From assembly GCA_012031215.1 (NCBI GenBank), contig JAAUUB010000001.1, positions 34,395 to 98,394 on the forward strand: a DNA stretch of 64,000 nt, given 5' to 3'. Position numbers and translations under genes: made by a program. This document shows, in pieces, positions 51,768 to 60,436 of this stretch. The notes under the pieces were generated by a model, which was not told the DNA's origin, ran no database searches, and saw only the letters and a program-made list of their open reading frames with translations. This stretch comes from Microscillaceae bacterium. GTDB lineage: Bacteria; Bacteroidota; Bacteroidia; Cytophagales; Microscillaceae. Positions within the stretch are counted from its first letter, which is position 1. Each line of letters starts with the position of its first letter.

Positions 51768-53248
51768 ATGGTTCCGGTAGAAAATTCTTTCTGTAATGTA
51801 CTTTGGCTTAAGCGTGATTTAAGAATACGCGATCATGCGCCTTTGCAAGCCGCCCTCCAGACGCGCCTTCCCCTGATGCTGCTCTACGCCTGGGAGCCTT
51901 CCATTCTGGCCTATCCAGATTGGGACGTGCGCCACGGCCAATTTGTGTGGCATTCCTTACAGGCACTCAACCAAAGTCTGCGTCCTTATCAGGCCGAGGT
52001 GGCCCAGCCTTACGGCCATATTTTGGATATTTTTGCTTGGATTAGCCGTTTTTATCGCATCCGGGCCGTTTATTCTTACCAAGAAACGGGCCTGAGAGCT
52101 GGCTACGACCGCGATCGAGCCGTAAAAAAATACCTGGCACAAAGGCAAATCCTTTGGCATGAGTTTCAACTCAATGGGGTAGAAAGAGGAAGACACAACC
52201 GGGCTGGTTGGGACGAAGCCTGGGAAAACTTCATGAAGGCCCCTCTCCAGCATCCAAACCTGGAAGCCCTCCAAACCCTGCCCCTCACCTGGCCAGCAAA
52301 GCTGCAAATGCCTCCTCACCTGGCCAAAGAACTGGCGCAATATCCGTCGGCTTATCAACCTGCCGGCGAAAAATACGCCTGGCAATATTATCGTAGTTTT
52401 TTGAATCATCGGGTGGCCCATTACAACCGCCATCTTTCCTTACCCGAACCGAGCCGAACCAGTTGCAGCCGCCTGTCTCCATACCTGGCCTGGGGCAATC
52501 TGAGCGTTCGCCAGGTCTATCAGGCATATCAGCAGGTTTTGGGCGAAAGTCCTTATTCATTTCAACTCAAAAGCTTTCGGTCCCGCCTGCAATGGCGTTG
52601 TCATTTTATACAGAAGTTTGAAATGGAAGACCGGATAGAATTTGGACATCTCAACCGGGCTTATACCGATTTGGGGCAGGAATTAAAGCCGGAATGGATA
52701 GAGGCTTGGCAAGAAGGCAAAACGGGGTATCCTTGGTAGATGCGGCTATGCGTTGTGTGCGGGCGACGGGCTATCTTAACTTTCGCCTGCGGGCGATGGT
52801 GGTTTCTTTTCTCACGCACTTACTCTGGCAGCCCTGGCAAAGCGGGGTACATCACCTGGCCCGAATGTTTTTGGACTATGAACCGGGTATTCATTTTTCT
52901 CAGTTTCAGATGCAGGCGGGCGTAACGGGCATCAATACCATCCGGGTCTATAATCCTACCAAGCAGGCCCAGGAAAAGGACCAAGAGGGCGTATTTATCC
53001 GCAAATGGGTGCCCGAACTGGCCCGATTACCGCAGGCACTGCTGGCGCAGCCAAGCAAAATGACAGCCTTTGAGCAAAATCTGTATCGCTGCCAATTGGG
53101 AAAAGATTACCCTCATCCCCTGGTGGGTTTTGAAACAGCCTACAAAAAAGCCTCGAGCCAATTGCACTCCTTGCGAAAAAGGGAGGAAGTTCGTCAGGAA
53201 AATCGAAGGATTCTACGCCGACACGTACGCCCAAAACCGGAAGAATAA
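51768..53248 (+). CDS. Cryptochrome/photolyase-family flavoprotein. Frameshift in a T-run near 52730.
   Basis: N-terminal alpha/beta domain ([16 protein letters not shown]). C-terminal FAD-binding domain in the second frame (…[16 protein letters not shown]…W…[31 protein letters not shown]). The frames join as GKTGYP-LVDAAMR. Confidence 0.8.
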
Positions 53249-53303
53249 AAAAAGCCGCATCTTTGGGCTAAAAAATGCGGCTATTCCAAGGAAAATGATG
53301 AGT

Positions 53304-53516
53304 TCAATCAGAGAAACGTGAATTACGCTGGTGATACTTTTCCAGAAGGGCCTGAATACTAGACACACTCTGGGCAATGTCAGCATCAAGGTCGCCGCTA
53401 TGAATGAGGCCTTTGCGAATGTCATCAAAGAGATAATTCTCCGATTTGATCAACATGTTGGAGGTGTAATTGTAGCGGCGGACGCTGTTGGCGTACTTAA
53501 ACTTTCTCTCAATCAT
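53304..53516 (-). CDS. Small hypothetical protein
   Basis: 70-aa ORF in an otherwise gene-free 430-nt gap. Weak support. Confidence 0.3.
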   Translation of the reverse strand: MIERKFKYANSVRRYNYTSNMLIKSENYLFDDIRKGLIHSGDLDADIAQSVSSIQALLEKYHQRNSRFSD

Positions 53517-53676
53517 AATTTTGAAATTTTGTAAATTAGTAACACCCTAATATACAGCCTTTTTCTTAGTTGACAAAACTTAGTAGTACATTTTTGAAAT
53601 TATTTACAAATAATTTATGTTATGAGAGCCTTTCTGCTAAATTTTTGTTCTTTTTGAACAAAAAGCCTGTACTTTG

Positions 53677-54570
53677 CTAAGTTTTGCGGAAACGCAGGGC
53701 CACCCGACTGGCTTTTGGCCCGCCACTATAGTCATAAAAACCCATTCCAGACTTCTGGCCCAGATGCCCGGCGGCAACCATATTGATGAGCAGCGGGCAG
53801 GGGGCATACTTAGGATGGCCTAATCCCTGGTGCATCACCTGAAGTATGTCCAGGCAAATGTCAAGCCCTACAAAATCGGCCAATTGCAAAGGACCCATAG
53901 GGTGGCCCATCCCCAGTTTCATCGCCTGGTCTATTTCTTCTACCCCCGCAATGCCTTCATAAAGGGCATAGAAAGCTTCATTGAGCATAGGCAGCAAGAT
54001 GCGATTGGCGGCAAAGCCGGGGTAGTCATTGACTTGCACGGGGATTTTGCCCAACTGCGTAGCTAATTGCACAATCGCCTGGCTGGTAGCGGGGGCGGTA
54101 GCATAGCCATTAATTACTTCTACCAGCTTCATGACCGGCACTGGGTTGAAGAAGTGCATTCCGATTACATTTTGGGGCCTCTGCGTGGCAGCGGCAATCT
54201 TGGTGATGGAAATGGAGGAAGTGTTGCTGGCCAATAAGGTATGGGGTGGGCAAAGTGAGTCCAGGTCGGCAAATATTTTCAATTTTACGGCCAGGTTTTC
54301 GCTGGCCGCCTCAATGACCAGGTCGGCTGAGGCCACCGCCTCTTGAAGGTCAGTAGAAAGTTGGATATTGGCCAGGGCCTGGTCTTTTTGTGCCTCGCTG
54401 AGTGTAGCTTTTTGGATTTGCCGCTCTAGGTTGGCCGAGATGGTCTGTAAGGCTTTTTGCAAAGAGGCCTCAGAAATGTCCATCAAACAAACCGAAAATT
54501 GATTTTGGGCAAAAATGTGGGCAATGCCATTTCCCATGGTTCCCGCGCCAATAACGGTGATGTGTTGCAT
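53677..54570 (-). CDS. hbd: 3-hydroxybutyryl-CoA/3-hydroxyacyl-CoA dehydrogenase
   Basis: N-terminal NAD Rossmann ITVIGAGTMGNGIA and a C-terminal dimerisation domain. Confidence 0.9.
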   Translation of the reverse strand: MQHITVIGAGTMGNGIAHIFAQNQFSVCLMDISEASLQKALQTISANLERQIQKATLSEAQKDQALANIQLSTDLQEAVASADLVIEAASENLAVKLKIFADLDSLCPPHTLLASNTSSISITKIAAATQRPQNVIGMHFFNPVPVMKLVEVINGYATAPATSQAIVQLATQLGKIPVQVNDYPGFAANRILLPMLNEAFYALYEGIAGVEEIDQAMKLGMGHPMGPLQLADFVGLDICLDILQVMHQGLGHPKYAPCPLLINMVAAGHLGQKSGMGFYDYSGGPKASRVALRFRKT

Positions 54571-54737
54571 ATCAAGCGTTTTGAGATGAAGACTTAGGCC
54601 AAATTTAGGCGTTTTGCCAAAAACATTTAGCCTTTAAAGTTACTTTCTCAAGATTATTTCTCATTTATAAGGCAATTATTCGTTTATTGCGTAAATTTAG
54701 CTTTATTCAATGCCAAAAGAAGGCAAGGCCTACTTTT

Positions 54738-55205
54738 ATGAACAAACTGATTCGGATTCATCTGACCAGTATCCACGAGTTAAAAAACTTGTTTAATCAT
54801 CTGGCGGAAGGGCTTTGCTCAGCCCTGGCATTGCCTTTTACAATTGAGCCGGGTTATTTTGCTATCAAAGAGCAAATCCGTTATTTTCCCTCCAAGATGC
54901 CCGAAAGCGAAGTGCAGCCATATATTATGTCTATCTCCCGTACTTTTGCCCAAGAAGGGCACGTCATCCGTGTGGAGCGCAACCTGAGTTATTGGAATGA
55001 AGAAGAACTCAACGATGCCGAAGTAAAGCTGAGTCTCATCAAAAACCAAGACCAGGAGTTTGTTCATATTTCTGGCACAGATCGGGAGGGTATTTTTTAT
55101 CAGGGAGTACGAATTTTATCGCAGGGCCTGGATGATGAGGCCTGCCAAACGGTATTTAAACTGCTCTTGCAGATATTGGATTACAAAGTGGTAAAAGTCG
55201 TTTGA
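54738..55205 (+). CDS. Hypothetical protein, possibly a DUF1987/SiaC-like partner of the downstream phosphatase
   Basis: About 155 aa, with no TM. Linked by position to a SpoIIE/PP2C gene, as DUF1987 genes commonly are in Bacteroidetes. Confidence 0.35.
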   Translation: MNKLIRIHLTSIHELKNLFNHLAEGLCSALALPFTIEPGYFAIKEQIRYFPSKMPESEVQPYIMSISRTFAQEGHVIRVERNLSYWNEEELNDAEVKLSLIKNQDQEFVHISGTDREGIFYQGVRILSQGLDDEACQTVFKLLLQILDYKVVKVV

Positions 55206-55565
55206 AATACAAGCCAGAGAAAACATTTTCCGAAGTGTTTCAAAGATAATAACCTTGTTTTCGGTTTGCTTTTTGCACCCATCATGAACAAGCCAAGTTT
55301 GTTTGCCCAAATATATTCTTGCTTCAAATTTTACTGGGGGTTTGAATTGAATACCCAATGACGATGCTAATTGAGGAATGTCTCTGGAATTATCCTGGCA
55401 TAGCGGCCATTATTTTGAAAATAAAGGTTTACGAGCCCTTATTCGTCTGCCTGGGGGGGGCTGGGACTCAGCTTTTGGAACTGGCAGTTTTGGGCGAGGC
55501 CTCTAGCCAAACGATTTAAACAACTCAGGCGCGAAAACCTGCACCTACAAAGACAAAATGCCCAA

Positions 55566-56606
55566 TTGCAAACCCAATTGCAAACCCAAAAAACTAAAAT
55601 TGTCCATCTTCAGCAGACGGTAGAAACGCTCACGCAAAATTTTTACAATGAAGAACCAGAGGTCGAGGCCAAGCTTATTGCTCTAGGCCCAAGAACTCCC
55701 CTCAAAGCCAGTTTTCAAGCCTCAAGCCAGCCAGGCCTCCGCGACCCCGAGGCTCTTTTGACCAGCACCACGGCCGTTCGCAAAAACCGAGACACCCTGG
55801 ACAGCATCTTGTATGCCCGCCAAATTCAGCAGGCCTTGCTCCCCCAGCTAGATGTGATTCAGTCAGTCTTTGCCGAATCTTTTGTGCTTTTTAAACCCCG
55901 GGATATGGTAAGCGGGGATTTTTATTGGTTCAACTCAAAAAGCCACCTTTCGGTCATTGGAGCCGTTGATTGCACCGGCCACGGCGTTCCGGGGGCTTTC
56001 CTAAGTATGATTGGCAATGAATTGCTCAATAAAATTGTCATTTTTAAAGGTATCAGTGAGCCTGACCGAATTCTCAATCAGCTCCAATTAGAGATGCGCA
56101 ATACCCTCAAGCAAAAAGAAAATGGCAATGAAGATGGTATGGATATTGGCCTCTGTACGCTTCACCTGGTTCCCGAAGACCGACAGGAATGGTTTGGGCC
56201 GCCTCGTCTCGAATTTGCCGGCGCGCGCAATCATTTGATTTATATCCAAGACCAGCAACTTAGGGTCATCAAAGGAGATAAAATTCCGATTGGCGGTTAT
56301 CTCTATCAAGAAGACCATAGCTACACCCGACACGTTGTGCCCCTTCATACCTCTACCCGGATTTACCTATTTTCGGATGGCTTTGCTGACCAATTTGGAG
56401 GGCCGGAAAAGAAAAAATTTATGATGGGACGATTTCGCGAATTGCTCTTTTCTATCCATCAGCGCCCTATGCCCGAACAGAAAGAACTCCTAGACCAACA
56501 ACTTCGGCAATGGATTGGCACTGGGCCACAAATAGATGATGTCTTGGTGATGGGTTTTTTGATAATCCCTCCGCCTTTGAAAAAAAATAGTGAAACAGAG
56601 AGTTAG
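55566..56606 (+). CDS. SpoIIE/PP2C-family serine/threonine phosphatase with an N-terminal Q-rich coiled coil
   Basis: GDFYWF…GAVDCTGHGVPGAF…SDGFADQFGG metal-binding Asp motifs of PPM phosphatases. Confidence 0.8.
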   Translation: MQTQLQTQKTKIVHLQQTVETLTQNFYNEEPEVEAKLIALGPRTPLKASFQASSQPGLRDPEALLTSTTAVRKNRDTLDSILYARQIQQALLPQLDVIQSVFAESFVLFKPRDMVSGDFYWFNSKSHLSVIGAVDCTGHGVPGAFLSMIGNELLNKIVIFKGISEPDRILNQLQLEMRNTLKQKENGNEDGMDIGLCTLHLVPEDRQEWFGPPRLEFAGARNHLIYIQDQQLRVIKGDKIPIGGYLYQEDHSYTRHVVPLHTSTRIYLFSDGFADQFGGPEKKKFMMGRFRELLFSIHQRPMPEQKELLDQQLRQWIGTGPQIDDVLVMGFLIIPPPLKKNSETES

Positions 56607-56671
56607 ACATTACCTTTCCGCCCATTTCTTCGTAATGTTTGTTATAGTTTGGACACCATTTATCAAAGCCC

Positions 56672-57389
56672 ATGCGCCTACGCTTACCTATCTTAGCCTT
56701 TGGCCTTATTTTTTTTGCTTGTACCCAGGAAAAAGAACCCACCCAAAAAGCACCGGACACCTCTGCCGAAGCGGCGCCTTCTTCAAACCAAAATCCCTCG
56801 GCCACCATTAACCAGCCAGCTTCGCTGGCTCGCAAAGATTCGGCCCAAAAAGCTTCCCCAGGCCCAGACGAAATGGCCAAAAACACAAGCTTGCCCCTGA
56901 ACCCAGTACAGGCCCTCCTGCGAAGCCTGGATACGGGCCGAAAAGTGGAGTTTGCCCCCCTCGATTTACAAGTCTTGCGGGAAGATACGCTCATCAAAGC
57001 CCGCGCCGGCCTTTTTGAAATCAGTTTTGCAACCGACTGCCTCAATGACAGCCTCATTGCCCAGGAAATGTTTGACTATGGCGGTACGAATACCAAAAGT
57101 TATCTCATTTCGCACAATTATAAAACCAATATCGCCATCAAAAAGATGGCCGCACCCTGGGCCAGCAACTCATCAAAAAAGAAATTTTTAAAGGACAATT
57201 AGACCCGGGCTTCCTGGCCAAATCCATTCTCAAACACCCACAGTTTGTCCGCTTCGACGAAGAAAAAAACGAAGCCATCTTTGAGTTTATCATCGGAATT
57301 CCTAATACCGACTGGCTTGTGATTGCGGGGGTAAATCTCAATGAAAGGGGCAAAGTGAGGGTTATTGACATCGTAATGCCCGAATTATA
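56672..57389 (+). CDS. Lipoprotein (hypothetical). Frameshift in an A-run near 57175.
   Basis: Lipobox (LIFFAC). The C-terminal 62 aa continue in another frame up to TAA at 57389. Confidence 0.45.
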
Positions 57390-57392
57390 ACC

Positions 57393-59321
57393 TCACTTGA
57401 TAAGCGAAACAGTGCCCCGGTACACCTCATTGAAATAATCAATGTAATAAAAATAAATGCCGGGAGGAAAATCGCCCCCATCCCAGGCAAAATTGCGGTC
57501 CGTAGAACGGTACACCAAGCTTCCCCAGCGATTGTAAATCTCAATGCTGCGAAACCGAAAACGGCAGTTTTCTTCGGGTAAATTAGGTATCTGAAAAGTA
57601 GGATTAAAGCTATCGCCATTGGGCGTGAAAGCATTGGGCGGAAGAAAGCCCTCTAAGACAATGGGCTTGTCGAGCAATACGAGCTTCACACAAACCTTCC
57701 GGGTCTGGTCCTCGCAAAAGCCCTGGTCTTTGACCAAAAAATCAATCACAAATTCATTGCGGGCATCGGCCACCGCCCGGCAATCACTGCTCCACGTGAA
57801 GCGCGACTGCACCGCTCCGAGGCCACTGACCGGAGTAAACTGCATGCCGTAGTCGGCCAGTTGAAAGCCCCGCCCCTCAGCACTCAGCTCAAGGAAATCA
57901 TTGTCGAGCAGGTCTTGGGCGAATACTTCAAAAGTAAAAAGTTCTTCTACTATTTTCTCGAGCAAATATTCGCAGTTTGTATCTCCGGCGGGGGCATTGG
58001 TGCTTATCACCGGGGGGTTCTCCACCACCGGCAGGGCCACCAGGCGTACCCGGAGCGTATCTTTATCCGGGGCCGGGCAGCGATTGTCGGCCACAATCAG
58101 GTCAAACTCAAAAACACTGAGCGAGCCGCCTGGCATCATCTCCGAAAAAACGCAAGCTGGCCAGCAAAACTGCACCCTCAGGCTATCGTTAGGCCCATTG
58201 ACCACTCCCTGCGAGAGCGAGAGATAATTTCCCTGGGCCACAAAATTGCGAGGCAGGAGCGAAAGTCGTAGCAATTCGTTGGGGTCGGGGTCTTTGAGCC
58301 ATATATCAAAACAAAGATTGCCCGTGCTGGCATCGAGCGATATAGTCTGGCCGGGTTCATAAAAAACGGGGGTATTGCCACTCTGCCCGGTTTGGGCTTG
58401 CAGGCTGGGGGCATTGTTTTGGGGGCAGTCTAAAACCAAGAGCTGAAAATCGCGCCTTACTTCCCCTATCTTTACTCCATTGCGAAACTCCTCGCAGCGC
58501 ACCGAAAACACAAACAAACCTTGCTGAATGGGCACCACCGAGAGCAGACCCGTTTGCGCATTGACCTGAAACTGATTTTGAGGAAAGGCCACGTCGTGGG
58601 GGATAGCCGTTTGGGCATTATAGCCCGGCAGCCATTGCACCGGGGCATAAGGCCCCGCCGCCGGAGGGGGTATAATCAAATCTGGGTCGGGGCCGCTATT
58701 GCCCGCCAGGGGAGTGGCCAGCGAATATACCAGTTGGTCGCCGTCGGGGTCGGTGGCCCCGAAGGCAAAAGACACGGGCTCATTGAGGCAAAGATAATCT
58801 CCTACCGGAATAGCAAAAACAGGAGAAGAATTAAAAAAATTACTGCCGTTTTGGCGCACCGCCGGGAACTCCAGGTAAAAAGCCATGCCCACATCGCCAG
58901 GGCTAACGATATTGCTGATGGTGCCATTGCGGCAACAACGCTCCCACACAACATAATATCCGGTGCTTTGGTTGTAGATGCTGCCTTCCAAAATCAGGCC
59001 CCGCCCGTAGCGAAGCAGGCGGGTGCGCAACTGGCCATTGGTGCAGCTAGGATTGGTATAGGGAACCTGGCTCTCGCTGAGCTTGGGCAGGAGGATACTT
59101 GAAATAAGCTGGTTATTGGCTTTTGAATAAATATAGGCCTGAATTTCTGGGTCTTCGGCATCAGGGTTGCCATTGACATCATCAAAATACAGATTCAAAA
59201 ACAAATTGTACTGATTGCCCGATAAATGGTCAAGCTGAAACTCTCCCCCCACAATGTGGGTGGCCTGTGTGGTGTTGACCCAAAGCCCCATCACGCAAAT
59301 CAATGCCCTAAATCTTTTCAT
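57393..59321 (-). CDS. Secreted protein with a T9SS type-B (CHU_C/gliding-motility) C-terminal domain
   Basis: Signal peptide. C-terminus is FTPNGDSFNPTFQIPNL…IEIYNRWGSLVY…YFYYIDY. Confidence 0.75.
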   Translation of the reverse strand: MKRFRALICVMGLWVNTTQATHIVGGEFQLDHLSGNQYNLFLNLYFDDVNGNPDAEDPEIQAYIYSKANNQLISSILLPKLSESQVPYTNPSCTNGQLRTRLLRYGRGLILEGSIYNQSTGYYVVWERCCRNGTISNIVSPGDVGMAFYLEFPAVRQNGSNFFNSSPVFAIPVGDYLCLNEPVSFAFGATDPDGDQLVYSLATPLAGNSGPDPDLIIPPPAAGPYAPVQWLPGYNAQTAIPHDVAFPQNQFQVNAQTGLLSVVPIQQGLFVFSVRCEEFRNGVKIGEVRRDFQLLVLDCPQNNAPSLQAQTGQSGNTPVFYEPGQTISLDASTGNLCFDIWLKDPDPNELLRLSLLPRNFVAQGNYLSLSQGVVNGPNDSLRVQFCWPACVFSEMMPGGSLSVFEFDLIVADNRCPAPDKDTLRVRLVALPVVENPPVISTNAPAGDTNCEYLLEKIVEELFTFEVFAQDLLDNDFLELSAEGRGFQLADYGMQFTPVSGLGAVQSRFTWSSDCRAVADARNEFVIDFLVKDQGFCEDQTRKVCVKLVLLDKPIVLEGFLPPNAFTPNGDSFNPTFQIPNLPEENCRFRFRSIEIYNRWGSLVYRSTDRNFAWDGGDFPPGIYFYYIDYFNEVYRGTVSLIK

Positions 59322-59762
59322 ACCAATTAGCCCAATTTTTTGAACCTAAAAATACATTTTTTTCCTCAAATTATGCCCCTTGTTTTAAAAATCCTGGACT
59401 GTTCAGTCGCCAATACCTACAGACTAAGGAGCAGACCTCGGGGCACTCTTTTTGATTTATAACATATTTTTGGAAGAAACTTACTAACTAACTGATTTAG
59501 GTGAATTGATATTTTATTTCGGTGAGCGTCTATTTTTAATAGATAAAACGCATTGCCCGCACGCCAAAAGACCCCTTTTCTTAGCTCTCCGTCCGAAATT
59601 ATTACTTTCATCGTGAACCTAAGTAAGCAAAAAAGGAATTTCCTGGGCTAATCCCTCAAAATCCTACCTGCCCGCCGCAGGGCGAAGGCTGTCATGTTCC
59701 TACCCCGGGGAAGCACCTCCGTAAGAAGCAGTATTCCTCACACCCTTTATCTTAAAAAGACT

Positions 59763-60194
59763 ATGGTAGAACTACATAAGAGCAAGTATTTTCAGGTTTG
59801 CTGGGAGGCCCCCCAGGAACTGTTTTATTATGTTTTTAATGAACAAACCAGTGACATGTGTGCCGAAGAGTATATAGACGAACTAAGGGCGTTTATCCGG
59901 CTGGTCAAAAAATATCAGCCCCGGTATGTCCTCGGCGATATGGTGGATTTTGGCTTTGTCATCACGCCCGACATACAGGAATGGGTCAACGAAAACCTGT
60001 TTACAGTCTATCAGGAAATCGGATTTAAGAAAATTGCCATTCTGATGAGCAAGGAATTTGTGGCCAGCCTTTCTATTGAACAAACTATGGAAGAAAACCG
60101 AAGCAATAGCTTTCAGACGGCATTTTTTGAAAATGAAAAAATGGCCCGGGCCTGGCTGGAAGGCAAGGTCAGCCTTCGAGAAGTCTATTGCTGA
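59763..60194 (+). CDS. Hypothetical cytoplasmic protein
   Basis: About 143-aa ORF, followed by a strong terminator. No recognisable domain. Confidence 0.45.
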   Translation: MVELHKSKYFQVCWEAPQELFYYVFNEQTSDMCAEEYIDELRAFIRLVKKYQPRYVLGDMVDFGFVITPDIQEWVNENLFTVYQEIGFKKIAILMSKEFVASLSIEQTMEENRSNSFQTAFFENEKMARAWLEGKVSLREVYC

Positions 60195-60215
60195 CAAAAA
60201 CAGCCGCATCGCGAA

Positions 60216-60252
60216 AACCCTCCTCACGAAAAAGCTGGGGAGGGTTTTTTTG
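60216..60252 (+). terminator. Rho-independent terminator
   Basis: CCCTCC-(loop)-GGAGGG followed by T7. Confidence 0.7.
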
Positions 60253-60436
60253 TTTTGCTCCATAAGCCCGATTCCTGCTTTAAAACTATTTTCCTTTTGG
60301 GCCTTGATTTGCACTTTCTCTCAAAAAAACTTAGCTTGCCCTTCTTAAAAGGATTGTTTTGCGGAGCAAAGACAGGACGCTTGGGGCCGCCCCCGTCCAC
60401 CCGATGCTTATGAAAGAGGCTACAAAACCTATCTAA

